Shown here piece by piece: positions 16,697 to 24,951 of a DNA stretch of 40,791 bases. Below the pieces are notes generated by a model, which ran no database searches, had not been told where the DNA came from, and saw only the letters and a program-made list of their open reading frames with translations. Where the stretch lies: the NCBI GenBank assembly GCA_001784735.1, contig MFSB01000008.1, forward strand, positions 1 through 40,791, written 5' to 3'. Every line of letters begins with the position of its first letter. The first letter of the stretch is position 1. The translations under genes and the position numbers were made by a program. The DNA comes from Candidatus Moranbacteria bacterium RIFCSPLOWO2_12_FULL_48_12. GTDB lineage: Bacteria; Patescibacteriota; Minisyncoccia; Moranbacterales; UBA1568.

Positions 16697-17461
16697 GTGA
16701 ATAATAGGCAAAAACAAGTTCTCTCAGCTATTGTGGAGCTCTATACGGAGACGGCTTTGCCCGTAGGTTCCCAAGTGCTTTTGAAACACTCCGATTTTCC
16801 GGTCAGTGCGGCGACTCTCAGGAGCGATATGGTGACGTTGGAAGAGGAAGGTTTTCTCTACCAGCCGCACGTGTCCGCCGGACGTATTCCGACTGATCAA
16901 GGCTATCGTATCTACGTCGAGGAAATGATGGGAGAAGAGACGCTTTCGCGCCGCGATCAGGAACGGTTGCAGAAAGAGCTCCTGATGCTCCGTGCCAAGC
17001 ACGTCCGTCTGGGGCGGACGACGGCCAAACTTCTCTCCGTTCTCTCCGGCAATTTGGCGGTCTCGAGTACCGGCGCCAACGATTTTTATGATTTCGGGAT
17101 GAAGGAACTTATCGAGAAGCCGGAGTTTCGTGAGATAGATGAATTGTGCCGTTTGGTGGAAACGCTCGATACGCTGGATGAAAAATTGGATGGCCTGATG
17201 GTGAAATTGAAAGACGGAGAAACGCACATATACATCGGCAAAGAAAATCCCATCGCGGGTATCGATAATTGTTCCATGATCGTGGCGCCGTACAAGAATC
17301 GCGAAGGGGAGAAAGGGATGCTGGCTATTATCGGACCGAAACGGATGGATTATGCCAAGAACAAATCCCTCATCGAGTATATGAAGAAGCTTTTGTCTTC
17401 GTCATTGGCTGTTGTGATAATTGTTGGGACGACAGGAATCATTTCAATAATTAAAGTATAA
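16697..17461 (+). CDS. hrcA: Heat-inducible transcription repressor HrcA, short form (254 aa)
   Basis: N-terminal RQKQVLSAIVELYTETALPVGSQVL is a typical HrcA wHTH. It sits next to CIRCE and upstream of grpE/dnaK. The C-terminus ends in a hydrophobic stretch LAVVIIVGTTGIISII. Confidence 0.88.
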   Translation: MNNRQKQVLSAIVELYTETALPVGSQVLLKHSDFPVSAATLRSDMVTLEEEGFLYQPHVSAGRIPTDQGYRIYVEEMMGEETLSRRDQERLQKELLMLRAKHVRLGRTTAKLLSVLSGNLAVSSTGANDFYDFGMKELIEKPEFREIDELCRLVETLDTLDEKLDGLMVKLKDGETHIYIGKENPIAGIDNCSMIVAPYKNREGEKGMLAIIGPKRMDYAKNKSLIEYMKKLLSSSLAVVIIVGTTGIISIIKV

Positions 17462-17473
17462 TTGTTCCCATTT

Positions 17474-17510
17474 CCTCCTCCCCTTTCCAAGGGGAGGGTG
17501 GGGAGGGGTT
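17474..17510. repeat. CCTCC..TTTCCAAGGGGAGGGTGGGGAGGGGTT hairpin repeat, copy 2
   Basis: Near-identical to 14918..14954. Lies between hrcA and the grpE fusion ORF. Confidence 0.7.
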
Positions 17511-17518
17511 AAAAAAAT

Positions 17519-18472
17519 ATGACACCAAAGAAGAATCACGAATCACGAATCACGAATCTCGGAAAACATGAACAATTCGAGATAAGCCAGAAAGTCATCT
17601 TGTACAATCCGCAAGACAAGAAATTTCTTATTACAAAAGATGAGAGACCTTCAGAAGCTTCTGAAAAATATGGTGTGTGGGAAGTACCAGGTGGTCGGAT
17701 GAATGAAGGAGAAAAAACAGAGCAAGCTATCGCTCGTGAAATCAAGGAAGAATTGGGAGAAGATGTCCAATACGAAATCATCAATGCTAATCTGGGACAC
17801 ACTATACACTATTTTACCGAGCAACCGAGTCGAGCCGTCCTTTTTGTACTAGCAAAATACAAGGGTGGAGAGATCGCATTGAGCGAAGAAAATAGCGAAT
17901 TTTACTGGAATACCATTGAGGAAGTCGAGAGCAGCAAAGAGTATTTTCCATGGTTGAAAGGGGTCATTAGGAACGCAGCGAATTATCTAAGAAATGAAGA
18001 ATTATTGAATGATCTGAAGCGATGCCAAGCGGACTTCGAGAATTATAAGAAGCGCCAGGCGGAAACGCAGAAAATGCTCGGGGGATATCTCATAGAAAAA
18101 CTGGTGCTGGATATCGTCCCGGTGTTGGATAATTTCCGCTCCGCGACGCTCCACGTCCCGCCCGAAGAGAAAGACAGTCCGTGGGTCATTGGCATCCAGT
18201 ATATCGAGAAACAACTAGAGACGGTATTGACTGACAATGGCATTCAGACGATAGAAGTAAAAGAGGGCGAAGAGTTTGATCCGAAGATACATGAGGCCGT
18301 GAGCAATGCAGAACCAACAACCAACAACCTACAACCTACAACAGAAGAAGATGCTTCGGAGGCGGGCAGTCAGTCGTCAGTCGTCAGTCGTCAGTCGATA
18401 GTCAAGGTGATCCAGAAAGGCTATAAGTTCGGTAATCGAGTGATACGACCGGCGAAAGTGACAGTAAAGTAA
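17519..18472 (+). CDS. grpE: Nudix hydrolase domain fused to nucleotide exchange factor GrpE
   Basis: One uninterrupted 317-aa ORF. A complete Nudix box GRMNEGEKTEQAIAREIKEELGE (Gx5Ex7REUxEExG) lies in the N-terminal half. The C-terminal half carries GrpE blocks ADFENYKKR, VLDNF, HEAV and IQKGYKFGNRVIRPAKVTV. Confidence 0.85.
   Translation: MTPKKNHESRITNLGKHEQFEISQKVILYNPQDKKFLITKDERPSEASEKYGVWEVPGGRMNEGEKTEQAIAREIKEELGEDVQYEIINANLGHTIHYFTEQPSRAVLFVLAKYKGGEIALSEENSEFYWNTIEEVESSKEYFPWLKGVIRNAANYLRNEELLNDLKRCQADFENYKKRQAETQKMLGGYLIEKLVLDIVPVLDNFRSATLHVPPEEKDSPWVIGIQYIEKQLETVLTDNGIQTIEVKEGEEFDPKIHEAVSNAEPTTNNLQPTTEEDASEAGSQSSVVSRQSIVKVIQKGYKFGNRVIRPAKVTVK
18311..18403. repeat. Heptamer-periodic low-complexity element lying in frame inside the grpE coding sequence
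   Basis: (ACAACCT)n ... (CAGTCGT)n spans 93 nt, or 31 codons. It resembles the reverse complement of the intergenic element at 3776..3860. It encodes EPTTNNLQPTTEEDASEAGSQSSVVSRQS between the conserved HEAV and IVKVIQKGY blocks. Confidence 0.6.
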
Positions 18473-18479
18473 CCTTTAC

Positions 18480-18614
18480 TGTCATCCCGGGCTTGACCCG
18501 GGATTCAGGTTGTCACCCTGAGCGAAGTCGAAGGGTCTCAGAACAATAAGACAAGATTCCTGCGCCACCGCTAAAGCTTTAGCGACACGCGGTCGACAGG
18601 CTCGGAATGACAAG
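18480..18614. repeat. Composite TGTCAT..GGAATGACA-family element
   Basis: TGTCATCCCGGGCTTGACCCGGGATTCAGG, TTGTCACCCTGAGCGAAGTCGAAGGGTCTCAG, the 16-nt palindrome CGCTAAAGCTTTAGCG (18569..18584), and CAGGCTCGGAATGACAAG. Confidence 0.6.
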
Positions 18615-18808
18615 AGAAAAATAATTTCATTTAATAAGTTAATAAATAATATGTCGACCCCGCATAGACTTTCGAAGAACGCATCAGTAAGTGGACGTTG
18701 TGTTCACGGATACGCCTTCGGCTGTATTGTTGTGAATGTCGATTAAATAATTAATAAAGTTTTGCGGGGTGCTCATAGTTGTAGCTCCTCGCAGACTCAG
18801 AGACAACT

Positions 18809-20767
18809 ATGGCAAAGATACTCGGCATAGACTTGGGGACAACCAACTCCGCGATGGCGTTCGTGGAAGGCGGGACTCCCAACATCATCGAGAACAAGGA
18901 AGGCAATCGTACCACACCGTCGATGGTGGCGATATCGAAAACCGGCGAGCGTCTGGTGGGCTTACTCGCCAAGCGCCAGGGTGTTACCAATCCAGAGAAT
19001 ACACTGTTTTCCGTGAAGCGCCTCATCGGGCGGCATTTCAACGACGAGGAAGTCCAGCGCGACAAGAAAACGCTTCCCTACAAGATTCTTCAGGCCGGCG
19101 AAGGCGTGAAGATCGTGATGGGTGGCAAGGAATACACGCCGCAGGAAGCTTCTGCGATGATTCTCGGCAAACTGAAGGCCGACGCAGAAGAGAAGCTGGG
19201 TGAGAAGATCACCGACGCGGTCATTACCGTACCGGCCTATTTCGACGACTCCCAGCGCAAGGCCACCAAAGAAGCGGGTGAAATCGCCGGATTCAACGTG
19301 CGTCGCATCATCAACGAACCGACGGCCGCCGCTCTGGCCTACGGTTTCAACAAGAAGAAAGATGAGAAAATTGCAGTTTATGATCTGGGTGGCGGAACGT
19401 TCGATATTTCCATCTTGGAAGTAGCCGAAGACACGGTCGAAGTGAAGTCGACCAACGGGGATACGCACTTGGGCGGTGATGACTTCGACCAGCGGATCAT
19501 CCACTGGATACTCGATGAATTCAAGAAACAGGAAGGGATCGATTTGAGCAAAGATCCACTGGCGCTCCAACGCATCAAGGAATCTGCCGAGAAAGCCAAG
19601 ATCGAACTCTCGACTGCCAACGAAACGGAAATCAATCAGCCATTCATCACCGCGGATGCCAACGGGCCGAAGCACTTGCTTATCAAGATGTCGCGGGCCA
19701 AGTTGGAAGAGCTGGTAGGCGATCTGGTCGAGGCGACATTTGGCCCAGTGAAAAAAGCCCTGGCCGATGCGAAACTGGATGTGAAAGATATCCATGAGAT
19801 CGTCTTGGTCGGCGGGATGACTCGTATGCCGCTGGTTCTTTCCAGCGTAGAAAAATTCTTCGGCAAGAAAGCCAATATTACCGTCAATCCGGATGAGGTG
19901 GTGGCGCTTGGTGCCGCTATCCAGGGCGGGGTACTGGAAGGTTCTGTGAAAGATGTGCTTCTCTTGGACGTGACGCCGCTCACATTCGGTATCGAGACTT
20001 TGGGAGGCGTGCGGACGCCGCTTATCGATCGCAATACGACGGTACCTGTATCTCGCTCTCAGGTATTTTCCACTGCCGCTGATAATCAACCATCGGTGCA
20101 GATCCACGTACTCCAGGGTGAGCGTGAGATGGCCTCTGACAATAAATCTCTTGGTCAATTCATCTTAGACGGCATTCCACCATCGCCGCGCGGTATCCCG
20201 CAGGTGGAGGTGACGTTTGACATCGATGCTTCGGGAATTCTTTCTGTGACGGCCAAAGATAAGGCGACGAATAAATCCCAATCTATCCGTATCGAATCAT
20301 CCACCGGACTTTCCAAAGATGAGATCGAGCGGATGAAGAAGGATGCCGAGATGCACGCCGATGAGGACAAGCGCAAGAAAGAACTCATCGAAGCGCGCAA
20401 TATGGCCGACAGCCTTTCCTACACGACCGAGAAGTCGATGAAAGATGCCGGTGACAAGTTGACCGCTGATGAGAAGAAGCCGGTGGAGGAAGCCATCACT
20501 GAGCTCAACAAAGTGAAGAACGGCGATGACTTGGAAGCTATCAAGAAGGCCACCGAGAATCTCTCCACCGCCGCACAAAAGATTGGTGAGAAACTCTATA
20601 AAGCGGCTCAAGAAGCCGAGAAGACCAAAGCAGGCGAAACTAAGCCAGCCGATGGCAATACTGGTACTGCCGAAGCCCCGAAAGAGGCCGAAACAGAGCC
20701 TGCTTCGGCTTCAGACGAGCCGGCTAAACCTGAAGGTGATAAACCAGCAGACGAGCCGAAAAAGTAA
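18809..20767 (+). CDS. dnaK: Molecular chaperone DnaK (Hsp70)
   Basis: [22 protein letters not shown].., [22 protein letters not shown]. 652 aa. Confidence 0.98.
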   Translation: MAKILGIDLGTTNSAMAFVEGGTPNIIENKEGNRTTPSMVAISKTGERLVGLLAKRQGVTNPENTLFSVKRLIGRHFNDEEVQRDKKTLPYKILQAGEGVKIVMGGKEYTPQEASAMILGKLKADAEEKLGEKITDAVITVPAYFDDSQRKATKEAGEIAGFNVRRIINEPTAAALAYGFNKKKDEKIAVYDLGGGTFDISILEVAEDTVEVKSTNGDTHLGGDDFDQRIIHWILDEFKKQEGIDLSKDPLALQRIKESAEKAKIELSTANETEINQPFITADANGPKHLLIKMSRAKLEELVGDLVEATFGPVKKALADAKLDVKDIHEIVLVGGMTRMPLVLSSVEKFFGKKANITVNPDEVVALGAAIQGGVLEGSVKDVLLLDVTPLTFGIETLGGVRTPLIDRNTTVPVSRSQVFSTAADNQPSVQIHVLQGEREMASDNKSLGQFILDGIPPSPRGIPQVEVTFDIDASGILSVTAKDKATNKSQSIRIESSTGLSKDEIERMKKDAEMHADEDKRKKELIEARNMADSLSYTTEKSMKDAGDKLTADEKKPVEEAITELNKVKNGDDLEAIKKATENLSTAAQKIGEKLYKAAQEAEKTKAGETKPADGNTGTAEAPKEAETEPASASDEPAKPEGDKPADEPKK

Positions 20768-20778
20768 GGAGTATATTA

Positions 20779-20808
20779 AGAGCGGAGGTTTTCCTCCGCT
20801 CTTATTTG
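20779..20808 (+). terminator. Rho-independent terminator after dnaK
   Basis: AGAGCGGAGG-TTTT-CCTCCGCTCT (10-bp stem) followed by TATTTG. Confidence 0.85.
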
Positions 20809-20819
20809 AAAATAATTAT

Positions 20820-21386
20820 ATGAAAATGATTCCTTCCGTCACAAATCGTGAACTTGATGAAACTTTTATTTATCAGGGACTATCATGGCAACCAAGAATT
20901 ACATCAAGGGGAGATCTGGGTATCACTGGACCATTTTGCAAGAGATGTAACGTAAGTTTAGCAGGTGGTGTGGTTAAATGTTGGAACTGTAATGCCGATT
21001 ACTCAAAAATTTTAGATAGCGACTTAGTGGAACTTCGAAGTAAAGCTCATAAGATATATGAAGCGAATGCTCGTTCAAAATACCCAGTTATAAACTTTGA
21101 CATCCCACCAACATCACTTAGTCATAGTACAACTGAGGACGAGAATTTTTTTGTGGGATATAAATTTGGGCAAGAAAAGGGTAGAAAACAATTACACATT
21201 TGGGTTGGTGAGAGGAAAAAAGATCAAAGTAATAAGGATAAAGTTCAATTAGTTATTGATGTTGATAAAGAAGAGTTCAGACATGACCAAACTAATAAAT
21301 TTCCTGGTGAAATAATTGCTAACGCCAAGATTGTTTTCAAAAAATCCAGTACAGATATAAACTATGAAAAAATAGTTGAAGGATGA
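20820..21386 (+). CDS. Hypothetical zinc-ribbon protein (188 aa), AT-rich
   Basis: ATG 20820 lies after the dnaK terminator. The longer track ORF from 20526 overlaps dnaK in another frame. Motif CKRC-x11-CWNC. Visibly more AT-rich than the flanking genes. Confidence 0.6.
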   Translation: MKMIPSVTNRELDETFIYQGLSWQPRITSRGDLGITGPFCKRCNVSLAGGVVKCWNCNADYSKILDSDLVELRSKAHKIYEANARSKYPVINFDIPPTSLSHSTTEDENFFVGYKFGQEKGRKQLHIWVGERKKDQSNKDKVQLVIDVDKEEFRHDQTNKFPGEIIANAKIVFKKSSTDINYEKIVEG

Positions 21387-21398
21387 AATATTTTATCT

Positions 21399-21437
21399 AA
21401 AAATGAAGCGGCCCTGGCAGAATGTTTCCCGCCAGGG
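21399..21437. repeat. 39-nt hairpin repeat AAAAATG(A/C)AGCGG(C/T)CCTGGCAGAATGTTTCCCGCCAGGG, copy 1
   Basis: Second copy at 22994..23032. Hairpin CC(C/T)TGGC..GCCAGGG. Lies between convergent ORFs, so it is terminator-like. Confidence 0.7.
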
Positions 21438-21497
21438 CTTTGTTCATTTGTAGACCTCCTATAGAAAAAACGCGGTTAAATTTGCTTGTGGTCGGCG

Positions 21498-21905
21498 CTA
21501 CGGTTTTTCTTGCACCTCGAATACTTCGAGGTTGAAGTGGACCGGGCCGATCCAGAGGTCGTGTTCTTCTGACCCTTGCGAAGCCGTAGCCTGAATGATG
21601 GCCGTTTGTTCCTTGCCGACGAACTCATCGTCGACTTTGACACCAGCGATGTGCGGTTTGATCACTACCGCTTTTCCGACGATCGTGAACTCCACGCCGC
21701 TGCCTTGGCACAGATCTCGGATGTAGTTGACCGGGATACCGGTGCCGCGCATGTTGTTTGATCCGAAACTCATACTCTCGTAATAGTAGGTGCGCTGGTA
21801 TAGATGCCGCGTGCCTACTACACGAGCTGAAAGTATCATGCAGATATTGCTGTTTACAACCTGCCGCGCTATTTTTGCTGCATCTTCTGCCGTTTTAATA
21901 GCCAT
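21498..21905 (-). CDS. Hypothetical protein (135 aa)
   Basis: ORF 21498..21962. The likely start is ATG 21905 (MAIKTAEDAAK..). No motif recognised. Confidence 0.55.
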   Translation of the reverse strand: MAIKTAEDAAKIARQVVNSNICMILSARVVGTRHLYQRTYYYESMSFGSNNMRGTGIPVNYIRDLCQGSGVEFTIVGKAVVIKPHIAGVKVDDEFVGKEQTAIIQATASQGSEEHDLWIGPVHFNLEVFEVQEKP

Positions 21906-22232
21906 TTTTCCCTCTATTGTTAAGGTGGTTGTTGCGTATCGGAATAAAATGTAACACTTCATTGCAACAAACCATTATACTCTTATTCATCGGTTTTGTC
22001 AATGTGAATGATGTAATAATGCTTTGAATAAAGCATTATTGATGATATGTTAAAATACTTAAGTATTCGCATGAAAGCGGTGATTGTTTTTAGTATCTAA
22101 ATCTATGAAAGTCGTGTTGATGCATGGGAAGGATACGGATTCGAGCCGGAAAAGAAAATGGGTCAGGTACATTTTTTATAAAAAAATGATTAGAAAGCCA
22201 GAAAAGGGGGCAGGTACAATTACTTAAATACT

Positions 22233-22301
22233 ATGGTTTGGACGGACGAGCAGATAGCAAATCATAGGGAAGTGGTGGATGTTCTGGAGGGGATAGAGTG
22301 A
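22233..22301 (+). pseudogene. Fragment A: duplicated 5' end of the M24 peptidase gene (22 codons then stop)
   Basis: MVWTDEQIANHREVVDVLEGIE* compared with MVWTDEQIKNHKEVVDVLEGIV.. of the intact gene at 26530. About 55 of 66 nt are identical by hand alignment. Confidence 0.75.
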
Positions 22302-22326
22302 TCAGTATTTTTATACAATAAAAGTT

Positions 22327-22851
22327 ATGTTGACACCAGAACAAGAAGAGTGGCTGGCGCATCTTTCGGACACCGGAACAGTCAAGATCGTACCATTTGA
22401 CCCGACCACGGAGGAGAAATTTGAAAGAGTGAAAAAGAAAATCCAGGGTCATTTTGGAGCGGATGTTGCTGTCGAGCATTATGGCGCCTCGAGTCTCGGC
22501 ATATCAGGTCAAGACGAAATTGATGTGTACGTGCCAGTTCCAGAGGCGAAATTCAATGAAACTGTCGAAGCGCTTCGGAAACTTTTTGGTGAGCCCAGAA
22601 GCACTTATCCTCTGAAAAGAGTCAGGTTCGTGGCGGAAGAACAAGGCAAGCATGTCGATATTTTTGTCATCAACAAAGAACATGAGAGCTGGAGTAAGCT
22701 TGTCCAATTCCAGCATATTCTAAAAACAAATCCTGAAGTATTGGAATCCTACCGAAAATTGAAGGAAGAAGGGGATGGATTGAATATTCGAGAATACTAT
22801 AGACGAAAACTAATTTTCATCAACCGAGCAATACATAAAAAGAGTCGTTAA
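22327..22851 (+). CDS. GrpB-like nucleotidyltransferase-fold protein
   Basis: HYGASSLGISGQDEIDVYV matches the GrpB pattern H.GSTS.PG...KP.IDI.V. The C-terminal FQHILKTNPEVLESYRKLK matches FRD.L...P.....Y..LK. Confidence 0.75.
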   Translation: MLTPEQEEWLAHLSDTGTVKIVPFDPTTEEKFERVKKKIQGHFGADVAVEHYGASSLGISGQDEIDVYVPVPEAKFNETVEALRKLFGEPRSTYPLKRVRFVAEEQGKHVDIFVINKEHESWSKLVQFQHILKTNPEVLESYRKLKEEGDGLNIREYYRRKLIFINRAIHKKSR

Positions 22852-22871
22852 AAATTTTACGATTGCAAAAT

Positions 22872-22955
22872 ATGCTTTGGACGGATGAACAGATAAAGAA
22901 TCATAAGGAGATGGCGGATGTTTTGGAGGGGATTGTCCGAGAATTTTTTTGTTAA
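22872..22955 (+). pseudogene. Fragment B: duplicated 5' end of the M24 peptidase gene (27 codons then stop), truncated at a REP hairpin
   Basis: MLWTDEQIKNHKEMADVLEGIVREFFC*. About 60 of the first 66 nt are identical to 26530... The stop is immediately followed by REP copy 1. Confidence 0.8.
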
Positions 22956-22976
22956 TTTGGAAGCCTTGCTTCCAAA
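22956..22976. repeat. REP hairpin copy 1 (TTTGGAAGC-CTT-GCTTCCAAA)
   Basis: 9-bp perfect stem with a 3-nt loop. Confidence 0.9.
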
Positions 22977-22993
22977 ATCTTCTAAATGGTTAA

Positions 22994-23032
22994 AAAAATG
23001 CAGCGGTCCTGGCAGAATGTTTCCCGCCAGGG
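22994..23032. repeat. 39-nt hairpin repeat, copy 2 (see 21399..21437)
   Basis: AAAAATGCAGCGGTCCTGGCAGAATGTTTCCCGCCAGGG. Lies downstream of the minus-strand ORF 23118..23780. Confidence 0.7.
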
Positions 23033-23117
23033 CCTGTTTCTCCTCCTTTTGTCGTTGATTGATACTATCCGAGAAAATCGTATTTCTTATAGGAAGGTCA
23101 AGTCCTCAGACACCCGA

Positions 23118-23780
23118 TCAGAGCAGCGCTGTGATGGTAGCGTCTGAAATGCACTTTTCCCATGCTTTCCGGCATGAGGGAAGCACAGTTTTCGGGATAA
23201 TGAAACGCCTGAGTCTTTTTTGCACTTCATCGGATGGCACGGAACGATTCCTGGCCAGCCACTTCGCTACCCGTTTGGGGATGGTGATCCGGGTAGTTTC
23301 GAAGTCTGGCCAGCATGGGATGCTGGTCGTCTCCTTCACGGTAACCAGAATAACGGACCACCGAGAATGCCAGATTTTTGGCGTGCCTTCCAAGTTGTAG
23401 AGAAAGCTATCCCGCTCCAAGAAAAGCTCGATTTGCCTATCGCTATCCACAAGGACTGTCCGGCTCTCCACCGTGTGTGGCGGCGTAATGCTGTCGACTT
23501 CCCGTACCATGTCACGGTAGCGCAAAGGCATCACTTTTTTGGTATATGTGAGAGAGGGCACGACGGTAAGCAAGTGCCTGAAAACATCCAGGTAGTAGAA
23601 TGCTACGGCCTTTGCGGTCGCCTCCCCGAAGTCATACTGGTTAGTTCTGGCTTCACTTCTGCGGCTATTTTTCACGGTTCGATCTCCTGTAAAAGGACGA
23701 AGCAGATCCGGGTGAACCGGCATCTGGTTACTTCGATGAAGTAACGGCTCATTATAGGTCGAGAGAGTAATAAATGTCAA
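23118..23780 (-). CDS. Hypothetical protein (about 200-220 aa)
   Basis: Longest ORF in a segment where both strands are open. The track start is TTG 23780 and the first ATG is at 23723 (MPVHPDLL..). No family recognised. Confidence 0.5.
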   Translation of the reverse strand: MTFITLSTYNEPLLHRSNQMPVHPDLLRPFTGDRTVKNSRRSEARTNQYDFGEATAKAVAFYYLDVFRHLLTVVPSLTYTKKVMPLRYRDMVREVDSITPPHTVESRTVLVDSDRQIELFLERDSFLYNLEGTPKIWHSRWSVILVTVKETTSIPCWPDFETTRITIPKRVAKWLARNRSVPSDEVQKRLRRFIIPKTVLPSCRKAWEKCISDATITALL

Positions 23781-23800
23781 CCATGAATCTGGTGATGTAA

Positions 23801-23821
23801 TTTGGAAGCCTTGCTTCTAAA
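23801..23821. repeat. REP hairpin copy 2 (one mismatch: ..GCTTCTAAA)
   Basis: TTTGGAAGCCTTGCTTCTAAA. Confidence 0.85.
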
Positions 23822-23915
23822 TTTACTTCAAGCAGGGAATTAGCCGCTCTTTGCATATCCTCTGGCATATTCTATACTTGGGGCAGGAGCTTTAAGCATT
23901 AATTTATAAAAGTCT

Positions 23916-24863
23916 ATGGGATTTTTTCAAACCGTAAAAAAGAGCGTCTATGATGTCGCTTTCTACGCCACCGCCAAGACGGAGAGTTTCTCGGTAGCGC
24001 TCAAGCAGTACACTTTGTTTATCTTGTGCGTGGCGGTCGTCATCTCGATTCCTCTGTATATAGCTTTCGGAGTGTGGCATTCTCAGGTCAAAGAAATGGG
24101 CGATATCCGCGCCAAGGTGTTGGCCGTGTATCCGGATGAGCTTGTGCTTACTTTCCAAAATGGTCAGATGGCTTCCAATGTCGAGGAGCCATACAGCATC
24201 CCGATGCCAGCGGAATTTGATGTGAAAACTCCGAAGAATCTCGTCGTTATCAATACCCGCGGATCCATCACGCTCAATGATTTCGAGCGTTACGATACCC
24301 TCGCCATCCTCGGAGGCGATGCTGTCTGGACGCACGACCCGCAAAAAGACAAAATCGAAATTCAGAAATTCGATCAATTTAGCAAAGCCTCTTTTGTCTT
24401 GAATGAGCAGAAACTCACGGAATGGGTAGATCTCGCCTTCAAAGTCGGAAGAATTGTTGTCATTATCCTGCTTATTTTCATGCCGGCGTTTATCTTCGTC
24501 TTTCTCTGGGTCGGGTATCTTGTCTATCTCCTCTTCGGAGCGTTTGTCATCTGGCTTATGGCGAAACTGCGCAAAGTTGACTGTACTTACGGCCAGTCTT
24601 ACAAGCTCGGTCTCTATCTCCTCACCCTCCCGATTCTCTATAGCGTTCTGACCACCGGTCCGCTTTCGATGTTCCATATCCCCTTCGGCTTCACCCTCAT
24701 ACTTGCCGTCCTCGCCTACGCCAATCTCGGCCCAATAAAAACAGTCAAAACAACTTCTGTTTCTCCTGCACCAAACAATATGCCCGTTTCAGCCAAAGGC
24801 TCTGAGTCAGTCGAAGGGATAAAAGTTGGAGATAGTGAATCCAATAAAGATGGGAAGTTGTAA
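23916..24863 (+). CDS. Multi-pass membrane protein, DUF1189-like
   Basis: N-terminal MGFFQTVKKSVYDVAFY and several hydrophobic helices. The family assignment is from memory of the DUF1189 N-terminal pattern and is unverified. Confidence 0.6.
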   Translation: MGFFQTVKKSVYDVAFYATAKTESFSVALKQYTLFILCVAVVISIPLYIAFGVWHSQVKEMGDIRAKVLAVYPDELVLTFQNGQMASNVEEPYSIPMPAEFDVKTPKNLVVINTRGSITLNDFERYDTLAILGGDAVWTHDPQKDKIEIQKFDQFSKASFVLNEQKLTEWVDLAFKVGRIVVIILLIFMPAFIFVFLWVGYLVYLLFGAFVIWLMAKLRKVDCTYGQSYKLGLYLLTLPILYSVLTTGPLSMFHIPFGFTLILAVLAYANLGPIKTVKTTSVSPAPNNMPVSAKGSESVEGIKVGDSESNKDGKL

Positions 24864-24894
24864 AAAATCATACTGACTGGGGTAAATAAGAGAA

Positions 24895-24915
24895 TTTGGA
24901 AGCAAGGCTTCCAAA
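24895..24915. repeat. REP hairpin copy 3 (TTTGGAAGC-AAG-GCTTCCAAA)
   Basis: Perfect copy, opposite loop orientation to copies 1, 2 and 4. Confidence 0.9.
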
Positions 24916-24951
24916 CTTTTAGATAGCAGAATGGCGTAAAGAAAGAAATAT

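Noticed and set aside
20526-21386. The 286-aa ORF as given in the track
   Set aside because: Its first 98 or so codons overlap the 3' end of dnaK in another frame and cross the dnaK terminator. The start was moved to ATG 20820.
23059-23744. Plus-strand ORFs 23059..23400 and 23220..23744
   Set aside because: They overlap the longer minus-strand ORF 23118..23780, and their translations are Gly/Pro/Arg/His-rich and motif-free. The minus-strand ORF was kept at only moderate confidence.
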